Shown here in pieces: positions 22,528 through 31,497 of a stretch of DNA of 64,000 nt (position 1 is its first letter; the number at the start of each line of letters is the position of its first letter). Made by a program: the position numbers and the translations under genes. The DNA is from an uncultured SAR86 cluster bacterium. Its GTDB lineage: Bacteria > Pseudomonadota > Gammaproteobacteria > Magnimaribacterales > D2472. The notes beneath the pieces were generated by a model that saw only the letters and a list, made by a program, of their open reading frames with translations, did no database searches and was not told the origin of the DNA. Location of the stretch: NCBI GenBank assembly GCA_902528875.1, contig CABZTX010000004.1:5070-69069 (forward strand), written 5' to 3'.

Positions 22528-23958
22528 ATGAATAATAAAACTAAAGAAAATAAATTATTTGACGAATATTTAAACAATAAGCGATTACCTCGGCAAGGTT
22601 TTGTCAATGCTTATAATTACTTTTCAAAACTAACACCATCAAAAAAAAGATTTTTAACAAAAACTCGCGATTCAATTATTAGGTCTATGGGAGTTACTTT
22701 CAGAGTTTATGACAATAATAAGCTTATTGATAGAGACTGGCCGCTTGATTTAATACCCAGAATAATAAAGGAAAAAGAATGGATACAAGTTAAAGAGGGC
22801 CTTATACAGAGAATAAAAGCAGTAAATTTATTTATTCATGATGTCTATCATAAGCAAGAGTTCCTTAATAAAAATCCTATTTTAAAATCGTTAATCTTAG
22901 AATCACCAAATTATTTAAAAGAATGTTCTGGGATAATTCCAAAAAATAAAATATGGGCAAATATTTCTGGTACTGACTTAATTAAAGATCACCAAGGTAA
23001 TTTTTTTGTATTAGAAGATAATTTGAGAGTACCATCTGGTGTTGCTTATATGCTTGAAAATAGAAATGTAATGAAAAAGGTGGTAACAGATCTTTTTAAC
23101 AAATACCAAGTTTCACCAGTAGATGACTATACTTCTCAACTTTATACATGTTTATCAAATGCAAGTTATAGCAAGGAAAAAAATAAGACTATAGTAATCC
23201 TAAGCCCTGGAGTTTTTAATTCAGCTTACTTTGAACATGCTTATTTAGCTCAACAAATGGGTGTTGATCTTGTTGAATCATCCGATTTATTTTTATCAAA
23301 AGATAATTATGTATGTTTAAAAACTATAAATGGTCAAAAAAAAGTAGATGTGATTTACAGAAGAGTAAATGATAACTTTTTAGATCCTGAGGTATGGGAA
23401 AAAGATTCTGTTTTAGGAGTTCCAGGTATAATTAAATCTTGGAAAGAAAGAAAGATCGCTATAGTTAATGCTCCGGGCTCTGGAGTTGCAGATGATAAAG
23501 CTGTATATGCCTTTGTTCCAAAAATGATTGAATTTTTCCTTGGAGAGAAATCAAAACTCAAACAAGTAAAAACATATTTATGTGCTTTTGAAAAAGATAA
23601 GCAATATGTTTTAGAAAATATCAGTAAATTAGTTTTAAAGCCCGTAAATGAATCAGGTGGATATGGAATTTTAATAGGGCCTGGCGCTACAAAAAAAGAA
23701 TTAAGTCAATACAAATTAAAAATACAATCCAACCCGAGGAACTTTGTTGCACAACCTCTTATAAAACTCTCTACAACACCAACTCTTATAAAAACAAGTA
23801 TTCAACCAAGGCATATTGATCTGCGTCCTTTTATTTTGTCGGGCAATAAAACTTTTGTGACTAATGGAGGACTAACAAGAGTTGCTCTAAAAAAAGGATC
23901 AACTATAGTAAATTCATCTCAAGGCGGTGGAAGTAAAGATACATGGATAGTTAATTAA
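22528..23958 (+). CDS. circularly permuted type 2 ATP-grasp protein (alternative GTG start 22513)
   Basis: WPLDLIPRII, VLEDNLRVPSGVAYMLENR, NSAYFEHAYLA, VDVIYRR, GSGVADDKAVY, VNSSQGGGSKDTW. Confidence 0.93.
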   Translation: MNNKTKENKLFDEYLNNKRLPRQGFVNAYNYFSKLTPSKKRFLTKTRDSIIRSMGVTFRVYDNNKLIDRDWPLDLIPRIIKEKEWIQVKEGLIQRIKAVNLFIHDVYHKQEFLNKNPILKSLILESPNYLKECSGIIPKNKIWANISGTDLIKDHQGNFFVLEDNLRVPSGVAYMLENRNVMKKVVTDLFNKYQVSPVDDYTSQLYTCLSNASYSKEKNKTIVILSPGVFNSAYFEHAYLAQQMGVDLVESSDLFLSKDNYVCLKTINGQKKVDVIYRRVNDNFLDPEVWEKDSVLGVPGIIKSWKERKIAIVNAPGSGVADDKAVYAFVPKMIEFFLGEKSKLKQVKTYLCAFEKDKQYVLENISKLVLKPVNESGGYGILIGPGATKKELSQYKLKIQSNPRNFVAQPLIKLSTTPTLIKTSIQPRHIDLRPFILSGNKTFVTNGGLTRVALKKGSTIVNSSQGGGSKDTWIVN

Positions 23959-23959
23959 A

Positions 23960-24850
23960 ATGTTATCAAGCATCGCAGAAAAAACATATTGGCTTTCTAG
24001 ATATATTGAACGTATTGAAAATACCTCAAGATTGATAAATGTAAATTCTGACCTTCTTCTCGATATACCTCATGATGAATCAAACGATTTAAAACATCTA
24101 ATTAAGATTACAGGACATTTTGATGACTTTAAAAAAAGCAACTCAAAGGAAAATGTTTTTTTCTTTCTTATAGAAGACGAAAAAAATCCGTCTTCAATTA
24201 AATATTCAATTGAGATGGCAAAAATGAATTCAAGATATCTTTTAACAATGCTTCCTAAATCAGCTTGGGAACAATTCAACAATCTCTACTCTGATTTTAA
24301 TAATGGCGCAGTAAAGAGAAATAGCGAAGATTTGTATCAAATAATTAGAAATTCACAAAGATTTTTTGCAATTATTTCTGATGGAATGCAAAGAAATGAT
24401 GTCTTTAATTTTATAAAGTTGGGAAGATTTATTGAAAGAGCCGACATGCTTTCTAGAATTATTGAAGATCAAATTCTTAGAAAAGAAACTCATGTGAATA
24501 AATATTATCAAAATTTACAATGGAGTAGTGTTCTCAGGTCTATCAATGGATATGAATCTTTTAAAACTATAAATAAAGAGAATCTAAATCAAGAAGTAGT
24601 ACTTGGTTTTATGATAATGGAAAAATTGTTTCCAAGATCTTTAAAATATTGTGTTGATAAGCTTGTTGAAGTTCAGAAATTTTTACCGCAGTCTACAAAT
24701 ATTAAAAAAATCACAAAATCTTTATTAAGAAACCTTGAGAAAAATAATGTATATAAATACGATAAAAAAATATTAAAACATTTAGATAATTTTCAGTTTG
24801 GTTTAATTAAGTTAGATAAAGAAATTAATGAGAGGTTCTTTTCGTATTAA
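23960..24850 (+). CDS. alpha-E domain protein
   Basis: MLS..AE..YWLSRYIERIEN..R and GRFIERADM..R (two ER motifs), NPSSI, FPRSL. Confidence 0.92.
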   Translation: MLSSIAEKTYWLSRYIERIENTSRLINVNSDLLLDIPHDESNDLKHLIKITGHFDDFKKSNSKENVFFFLIEDEKNPSSIKYSIEMAKMNSRYLLTMLPKSAWEQFNNLYSDFNNGAVKRNSEDLYQIIRNSQRFFAIISDGMQRNDVFNFIKLGRFIERADMLSRIIEDQILRKETHVNKYYQNLQWSSVLRSINGYESFKTINKENLNQEVVLGFMIMEKLFPRSLKYCVDKLVEVQKFLPQSTNIKKITKSLLRNLEKNNVYKYDKKILKHLDNFQFGLIKLDKEINERFFSY

Positions 24851-26124
24851 TTTTTAAAAAAGTTTAAGATGGTTTTAATATCATCAACTGGATTCATTGA
24901 TTTATCCCCATTTCTTGCGATTAGCTCTATCTCTTTATTGTCAATATAATTTTTTCCAATAATTATATTTAACGGAATTCCTATAAGTTCTGAATCTTTG
25001 ATTTTTGAACCATAACCAACATTTCTGTCATCAAGAAGAACTGAGTAATTCATTTTTGTGAGCTGATCATACAAACTGATTGCTGCTTCAGTTATTTCTT
25101 TTTCTTTGTTATGGCCGATAGAAATAATATTTATATCAAAAGGAGATATATTATGAGGCCAAATTATTCCTTTTTCATCATAGTTTTGTTCTATAGCAGC
25201 AGCAACTAATCTTGAGACACCGATACCATAACAGCCCATGTATAATGTTGAAGCTTTGCCATCAGCATTCAAAACGTTCGTTTTCATTGACTCAGCATAT
25301 AGTTTGCCCAGTTTGAATATATGACCAACTTCAATGCCTTTTTTTATCTGAATTATACCTTTACCATCTGGTGATGGTTTTCCTTCTAGTGAGTCTATAT
25401 CTTCTCCCTCGGAAAGCAAAAGCTCTGTATTTATTGCAAATTCAGAACCATCACTTATAGCAATTGTATCTTCTCCATTCTCAGCCAATACATGGAACTC
25501 TTCTGAGCTATCTCCACCAATTGCACCTGAGTCTGCTTTTGAAATCTTAAAATCAAGTCCAATTCTGTTAAAAATTTTTTTATATGTCTCCCGCATTAAA
25601 ATATATGTTTCCTGAAGAGATGATTCATCAATATTAAAACTATAAGAGTCTTTCATAAGAAATTCTCTTCCTCTCATGATTCCATATCTTGGCCTCACCT
25701 CATCCCTGAATTTAGTTTGTATTTGATAAATATTTAAAGGGAGTTGTTTATAGCTTTTTACATTATTTCTAATAATATCTGTAATAACTTCTTCATGTGT
25801 TGGACCTAAACAAAAGTCTCTTTCATGCCTATCTTTAATTCTCAGTAATTCAAGACCCATTTTGTCCCATCTTTTAGTTTCATCCCATAATTCTTTTGGT
25901 TGAACCATAGGCATGAACACCTCTTGAGCACCAGATCCATCCATTTCTTCTCTAATAATATTTTCAATTTTTTTTAAGACTTTTAGTCCCAATGGCAACC
26001 AAGTATATATACCTGAAGCAGCTTTTCTAATCATGCCAGCACGAAGCATTAATTTATGACTAACTATTTCGGCTTCTTGAGGAGCATCCTTAAGTGTTGG
26101 TATTAGTAGATTTGAAAATAACAT
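24847..26124 (-). CDS. proS: proline--tRNA ligase lacking the INS editing domain
   Basis: SHKLMLRAGMI, LGPTHEE, QTKFRDEVRPR, REFLMKDSYSF, GIEVGHIFKLG, MGCYGIGVSR. Confidence 0.96.
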   Translation of the reverse strand: MLFSNLLIPTLKDAPQEAEIVSHKLMLRAGMIRKAASGIYTWLPLGLKVLKKIENIIREEMDGSGAQEVFMPMVQPKELWDETKRWDKMGLELLRIKDRHERDFCLGPTHEEVITDIIRNNVKSYKQLPLNIYQIQTKFRDEVRPRYGIMRGREFLMKDSYSFNIDESSLQETYILMRETYKKIFNRIGLDFKISKADSGAIGGDSSEEFHVLAENGEDTIAISDGSEFAINTELLLSEGEDIDSLEGKPSPDGKGIIQIKKGIEVGHIFKLGKLYAESMKTNVLNADGKASTLYMGCYGIGVSRLVAAAIEQNYDEKGIIWPHNISPFDINIISIGHNKEKEITEAAISLYDQLTKMNYSVLLDDRNVGYGSKIKDSELIGIPLNIIIGKNYIDNKEIELIARNGDKSMNPVDDIKTILNFFKN

Positions 26125-26155
26125 AGTTTATAATTTTATCTTTTTTTGAGAACTT

Positions 26156-26446
26156 ATGCCGATTTATGACTACAAATGTTCAATATGCGAATACCAATTA
26201 GAATTAATTCATAAAATAAATGATAAACCAAGTGAAATTTGTCCAAAATGTAATAAGAAATCTCTAAAAAAGTTAGTTTCTGCACCATCTTTTAGATTAA
26301 AAGGTGGAGGTTGGTATGAAACCGACTTTAAAACAGGTAAAAAGAGAAATATTTTGACGAGCGAGCCCTCCAAAGAGCATAAATCAGAAGAAACTTCTAA
26401 AACAAACTCCAAGAAAGCCTCTAAACAAGATAAAATTAATAAATAG
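26156..26446 (+). CDS. FmdB-family zinc-ribbon protein
   Basis: MPIYDYKC..C...CPKC...SAPSFRLKGGGWYETDFK. Confidence 0.9.
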   Translation: MPIYDYKCSICEYQLELIHKINDKPSEICPKCNKKSLKKLVSAPSFRLKGGGWYETDFKTGKKRNILTSEPSKEHKSEETSKTNSKKASKQDKINK

Positions 26447-26458
26447 ACAGGGAAAAAA

Positions 26459-28225
26459 ATGAAATCTAATTATTGTGGTGAAATTACATCATCAAATTTA
26501 AATGAAGAGGTTACTATTTGTGGCTGGATCCACAGAAGAAGGGATCATGGTGGAGTAATATTTCTTGATGTAAGAGACATAAAAGGTATATGCCAAGCAG
26601 TTGTCAATCCTGATAATCAAAAATCTTTTCAATTAGCTGAAACCATAAGAAATGAATTTGTTGTTCAGATCAGTGGAATTGTTCGAAGCAGGCTTGAAGG
26701 AACAGTTAACAAAAATATGCATACAGGTGAAATTGAAATCGAAGTAAAAAATATAAATATCTTAAGCAAAGCAAATACTCCTGTATTTCCAATAGATGAG
26801 TATCAAGAAGTTAATGAAGATGTGAGATTAAAAAACAGAGTTCTGGATCTCCGAAGGCCTGAAATGAACGAAAGAATTATCACAAGATCTAAAATTACTT
26901 CTTTAGTAAGAAATTATTTAGACAAAAATGGCTTTCATGAGATTGAGACACCAATCTTAACAAAAGCTACACCAGAAGGTGCAAGAGACTACATTCTCCC
27001 CAGCAGAGTTCAACCTGGAAGCTTTTATGCTTTGCCTCAATCTCCTCAACTTTTTAAGCAATTACTCATGATAGGTGGACTTGATAAATATTATCAGATT
27101 GCAAGATGTTTTCGAGACGAAGATCTAAGAGCTGATAGACAGCCTGAATTTACACAAATTGACATTGAGGCATCTTTCATAGATCAAGATGAAATAATTG
27201 ATATAAGTGAAAAAATGATTAAAAAAATCTTTAAAGAATTTTGCAATGAAAAACTAGATAAATTTGAGGTAATAGATTGGCATAAGGCAATGCACGAATA
27301 TGGTTGTGATAAGCCTGACCTTAGAATACCTTTAAAACTGATAGAGGTTTCTGATCTTGTAAAAGAAGAGGAATTTAAAGTTTTTTCTGAACCAGCAAAA
27401 AAATTAAATTCAAGGGTAGTTGCTCTAAAAGTCCCAAATGGAAATTCTCTATCAAGAGGACAAATAGATGATTACACCAAATTTGTCTCTAAACTCGGAG
27501 CGAAGGGTTTGGCATATATAAAAATTAATGACATTGATGACTTCGAAAATGGCATCCAGTCTCCAATTTTAAAGTTTTTAAATAATGAAACAGTTAAAAA
27601 CATTCTTGAAAATTTAGAAGCAGAAACTGGAGACTTAATATTCTTTGGAGCTGGCTCGTCGACTATTGTAAATTTATCAATGAGCAGCCTTATTAAAAAA
27701 CTAGGGGAAGATTTAAATTTATATGTAACCAAGTGGGCACCTTGTTGGATTATAAATTTTCCTATATTTGAATTAAACAATGAAGGTAACCTGACTCCAC
27801 TTCATCATCCTTTCACATTACCGAAATGCTCGCAAAAAGAGATTTTGGAAAAACCAGAAGATGCAATTGCTCATGCTTATGATGTTGTATTAAATGGTTA
27901 CGAAATCGGTGGAGGGTCACTAAGAATATATGACAAGAGTATGCAACAGACAATTTTTGATACTTTGAATATTACTAAAGAAGATGCAGAGAATAAATTT
28001 GGATTTCTTTTAAGAGCTCTTTCATCCGGTTGTCCACCACATGGAGGAATTGCTTTTGGGTTAGATAGAATTATTATGTTGGTATCTGACACTACTAATA
28101 TTAGAGATGTTATAGCATTTCCAAAAACTCAAAGTGCGACATGTTTGCTAACAGATGCGCCAAGTAAAGTTGAAAAAAAACAACTTGAAGAACTTAAAAT
28201 AAAAAGCATATTAAAGGAAGAATAA
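26459..28225 (+). CDS. aspS: aspartate--tRNA ligase (probably non-discriminating Asp/Asn)
   Basis: RRRDHGGVIF, TPEGARDY, LPQSPQLFKQ, CFRDED, PPHGGIAFGLDR. Confidence 0.97.
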   Translation: MKSNYCGEITSSNLNEEVTICGWIHRRRDHGGVIFLDVRDIKGICQAVVNPDNQKSFQLAETIRNEFVVQISGIVRSRLEGTVNKNMHTGEIEIEVKNINILSKANTPVFPIDEYQEVNEDVRLKNRVLDLRRPEMNERIITRSKITSLVRNYLDKNGFHEIETPILTKATPEGARDYILPSRVQPGSFYALPQSPQLFKQLLMIGGLDKYYQIARCFRDEDLRADRQPEFTQIDIEASFIDQDEIIDISEKMIKKIFKEFCNEKLDKFEVIDWHKAMHEYGCDKPDLRIPLKLIEVSDLVKEEEFKVFSEPAKKLNSRVVALKVPNGNSLSRGQIDDYTKFVSKLGAKGLAYIKINDIDDFENGIQSPILKFLNNETVKNILENLEAETGDLIFFGAGSSTIVNLSMSSLIKKLGEDLNLYVTKWAPCWIINFPIFELNNEGNLTPLHHPFTLPKCSQKEILEKPEDAIAHAYDVVLNGYEIGGGSLRIYDKSMQQTIFDTLNITKEDAENKFGFLLRALSSGCPPHGGIAFGLDRIIMLVSDTTNIRDVIAFPKTQSATCLLTDAPSKVEKKQLEELKIKSILKEE

Positions 28226-28228
28226 TCT

Positions 28229-28966
28229 ATGGCTGGTCATTCAAAATGGGCAAATATAAAGCATAGAAAAGCAAGGCAAGATGCCTCCAGAGGGAAAGTT
28301 TGGACAAAAGTTATCAGAGAAATCACAGTTGCAGCCAAAGACGGTCCTGATCCAAACGACAACCCAAGATTAAGATTGGCACTAGAAAAAGCAAATACTG
28401 CAAACATGCCTAAAGATAATATTAAAAGAGCGATTGAAAAAGGTTCAGGTACTGGCGAATCAGGAGCTCTAGAAGAAATTATATTTGAGGGTTATGGTCC
28501 TGGTGGGGTTGCAATCTTAGTTGAAACTATGTCGGACAATAGAAATAGAACAGTTTCAGATGTAAGACATGCCTTCTCAAAGTTTGGTGGTAATCTTGGT
28601 ACGGATGGATCAGTTTCGTATCTATTTAAAAAACTTGGAATAATACATATAAGCAAAGACTTTTCTGAAGAGAAACTAATGGAAATAGTCATTGAGTCAG
28701 GTGCTGATGATTTTACTGAAGAAGAAGATTTTTATGAAGTAACTACTGAGTCATCTAACTTCAATAAAGTTTTAGATGTCTTTAAACATTATGAGGTTAA
28801 TTATATAAATGCTGAGCTAACCCTGAGAGCAGAAACCTCTATAAATCTTGATGAAGAAATGTCTGAAAAAGTTTTCAATATTATGGAGTTTATGGATAAT
28901 CTTGATGATGTACAAGAGGTTCATACAAATGGCGAATTTCCAGAAGACTTTGAGGTTAAAGGTTAA
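28229..28966 (+). CDS. yebC: YebC/PmpR family protein
   Basis: MAGHSKWANIKHRKA, EGYGPGG, DNRNRT, DDVQEVHTN. Confidence 0.97.
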   Translation: MAGHSKWANIKHRKARQDASRGKVWTKVIREITVAAKDGPDPNDNPRLRLALEKANTANMPKDNIKRAIEKGSGTGESGALEEIIFEGYGPGGVAILVETMSDNRNRTVSDVRHAFSKFGGNLGTDGSVSYLFKKLGIIHISKDFSEEKLMEIVIESGADDFTEEEDFYEVTTESSNFNKVLDVFKHYEVNYINAELTLRAETSINLDEEMSEKVFNIMEFMDNLDDVQEVHTNGEFPEDFEVKG

Positions 28967-28968
28967 TT

Positions 28969-29394
28969 TTGTCAATAAACTCAAGAAATAAAGGTGCTGT
29001 ATTTGAGAGACAGATAGCTAATGCGTTGATAGAAGATTTAAATTTAAAAAATCCTGTTAAAAGGATATTAGAGCAAACAAGAACAAAGGAACTGCCAGAC
29101 CTGATGCTAGGTAGTTGGTGTATTGAATGCAAGGCTTATGGCACTGGTGCAGAACCTAGACCAGACTGGTGGGAACAGGTTATAGCATCATCCAAGACTA
29201 ATGGATTAAAACCTGCACTTGTATATAAATTTAATAATAGACCAATAAAAGTTCGTATTTTAGCTTGCTCAATTAATAGCAGAATAAAGAATGATTTAGT
29301 TACAGTTGATCTTTTGTGGCCAGATTTTATTCAAATTATATTAGAGTTATTTCAAGAGGATATTGAATTACATGAACGAACATATCAAGTGTGA
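28969..29394 (+). CDS. PD-(D/E)xK nuclease, Hjc/phage-type Holliday junction resolvase-like (TTG start)
   Basis: SRNKGAVFER ... LPD ... IECK ... WWEQ ... PALVYK; predicted catalytic E13/D44/E53/K55; sits at the ruvCAB position. Confidence 0.75.
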   Translation: MSINSRNKGAVFERQIANALIEDLNLKNPVKRILEQTRTKELPDLMLGSWCIECKAYGTGAEPRPDWWEQVIASSKTNGLKPALVYKFNNRPIKVRILACSINSRIKNDLVTVDLLWPDFIQIILELFQEDIELHERTYQV

Positions 29395-29782
29395 TGACCT
29401 TAAACAAAAAATTTTTATAGAGGATACAGACTTTCAAGGAGTTGTATATCACGCAAATTATTTAAAATATTTTGAAAGAGCTAGATCTAATTTTTTATCA
29501 AAAGTGGGAGTTTCACAGAAGGAGCTAAGAAATCAGGATAAAGCATTCGTAGTAAAAAGCATTGAACTTGATTACCTTAACTCAGCTGGGCTCGGAACTG
29601 AAATAATTGTCGAATCTTATGTAGAAAAAAAATCAAAAGCAAGAATTGTTTTCTATCAAAAAGTTTTAAATAAAAATGATAATAAAATTCTCGTATCTGG
29701 AAGAGTTGAGGTATGTTTTATAAATTTGTCTACAAAAAAACCAATAAAATTTCCTGATGAATTATTATCAAATCTCACATAG
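29372..29782 (+). CDS. ybgC: Tol-Pal associated acyl-CoA thioesterase
   Basis: EDTDFQGVVYHANYLKYFERAR; directly upstream of tolQ. Confidence 0.93.
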   Translation: MNEHIKCDDLKQKIFIEDTDFQGVVYHANYLKYFERARSNFLSKVGVSQKELRNQDKAFVVKSIELDYLNSAGLGTEIIVESYVEKKSKARIVFYQKVLNKNDNKILVSGRVEVCFINLSTKKPIKFPDELLSNLT

Positions 29783-29790
29783 AATAAATC

Positions 29791-30459
29791 ATGGATGAAA
29801 TATCAGTTTTAAATCTTTTCTTAGAGGCTGGCTTAGTTGTAAAAATTGTTATGACATTACTTTTTGTTGCGTCAATTCTATCTTGGATAGTTATTATTGA
29901 AAGATACAATTTTTTTACAAAAATAAAAAATCTTAATAACGAATTTCTTAAAAATTTTTGGAACAATAAAGACCTTACTTTGCTTTATAATGACTTGTCA
30001 GACAATAATTTTCTGTATGGCTCTATGAATTTATTCAAGAATTCTTATGATGAATTCCAAGATATAAATACAAACAAAACAATTTCAGAACTTGATCTTG
30101 AAGGTATTAATAGAATAATGAGAGTTTCAATTGCATCTGATGAGGAAGAAATGAATAAGCATTTATCATTCCTTGCTAATGTTGGTTCTGTTAGTCCCTA
30201 TGTTGGTTTGCTTGGAACAGTTTGGGGAATTATGACTTCATTTCAAGGATTATCTGATGCAACACAAGCTACTATTAATGCTGTTGCTCCAGGTATTTCT
30301 GAAGCCTTAATTGCCACTGGTATGGGTTTATTTGCAGCAATTCCTGCAGTCGTGGCATTTAATAAATTTACTTCAGAATCAGAGTCTATTAGTCAAAGTA
30401 CAATGATTTTTGCAGAAGAACTAGCCAGTATTTTTTATAAGCAATCAATTAAAAAATAA
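29791..30459 (+). CDS. tolQ: TolQ
   Basis: SPYVGLLGTVWGIMTSF, VAPGISEALIATGMGLFAAIPA. Confidence 0.96.
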   Translation: MDEISVLNLFLEAGLVVKIVMTLLFVASILSWIVIIERYNFFTKIKNLNNEFLKNFWNNKDLTLLYNDLSDNNFLYGSMNLFKNSYDEFQDINTNKTISELDLEGINRIMRVSIASDEEEMNKHLSFLANVGSVSPYVGLLGTVWGIMTSFQGLSDATQATINAVAPGISEALIATGMGLFAAIPAVVAFNKFTSESESISQSTMIFAEELASIFYKQSIKK

Positions 30460-30881
30460 TGATTTATAGGCTTGCAAAAAAGAAAAATCTTAAAGCTGAA
30501 ATAAATGTAGTTCCATACATAGATGTGATGCTTGTTCTTTTGATTATATTTATGGTTTTATCACCTCTTTTAATTCAAGGAATTGAAGTTAATTTACCTC
30601 AAACAGACACAACAAAAATGTCAGTACAAAATGAACCGTTAGTAATATCGATTGATAAAAATGGAAATTATTTTATTAATGTTGGGGATGAATCGCTTTC
30701 AATAGACTTAGAAGAGCTAAAAAGAAAATCAAAAGTAATCTATGATGCAAATCCAGAAGTAGAAGTAGTTTTTCAAAATGATAAAAATGTAGCATTTGAG
30801 TCTGTAGCAAAAGCAATGGCATCAATTCAGAGTATTGGAATTTCTAATATAGGAATCGTAACTTCTGGTTATGAGAATTAA
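30459..30881 (+). CDS. tolR: TolR
   Basis: EINVVPYIDVMLVLLIIFMV. Confidence 0.95.
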   Translation: MIYRLAKKKNLKAEINVVPYIDVMLVLLIIFMVLSPLLIQGIEVNLPQTDTTKMSVQNEPLVISIDKNGNYFINVGDESLSIDLEELKRKSKVIYDANPEVEVVFQNDKNVAFESVAKAMASIQSIGISNIGIVTSGYEN

Positions 30882-31497
30882 TAAAACTTATTTTGAAGCC
30901 TCTTTTGTCTCATTTTTAATACATGCCTTAATTCTTTTATATCTTCTTGGTTTCTTTTATTCTGAGTCTAAACAGACATCAATATTAACCAAGCCGATAA
31001 ACGTAAGTTTGATTTATAAAGATCAATCCGGAGTAAAAAAAAATAAATCTATCAACAAGATTATCGAACCACAAAAAATTGAGTTATCAGAGGCAATTAA
31101 CAAAAATGAGACTTCTACAGAATCTATCTCATTCGATTCGCTTTTAACCTCAATTGATTTTGATGAGCTTTTAAAAGAAGACAACCTAATCTCTGAGAGA
31201 ATAGAACAAAATGAAATTGATTTATACTCTTCCTTGATAGTAAAAAATATCGAAGAAGCTTGGCGAAAACCAATTAATATTCAAGAGGGATTAATCTGTA
31301 ATTTAAGACTTACAATTAACAAAAGTGGCAGAGTTCTTAACGTTAACCTTATAAAAAGTAGTGGGAACATAAGGTTTGATAATTCTGCGATTAAAGCAGT
31401 TCAAAGAGTTGAGACTTTTAGTTTCTATAATCAAATTTCAGCTAGTCTTTTTGCATCTAACTTTAGAACAGTAATTCTAAAATTCAATCCATCATGA
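30871..31497 (+). CDS. tolA: TolA (short)
   Basis: TM with S-x3-H motif (SFLIHALIL); C-terminal SSGN..FDNSAIKAV; lies between tolR and tolB. Confidence 0.85.
   Translation: MRINKTYFEASFVSFLIHALILLYLLGFFYSESKQTSILTKPINVSLIYKDQSGVKKNKSINKIIEPQKIELSEAINKNETSTESISFDSLLTSIDFDELLKEDNLISERIEQNEIDLYSSLIVKNIEEAWRKPINIQEGLICNLRLTINKSGRVLNVNLIKSSGNIRFDNSAIKAVQRVETFSFYNQISASLFASNFRTVILKFNPS

Noticed and set aside
28969-29394. Nuclease gene as a prophage remnant or restriction enzyme
   Set aside because: No adjacent phage genes, methyltransferase or att sites; it is tightly coupled within a housekeeping operon
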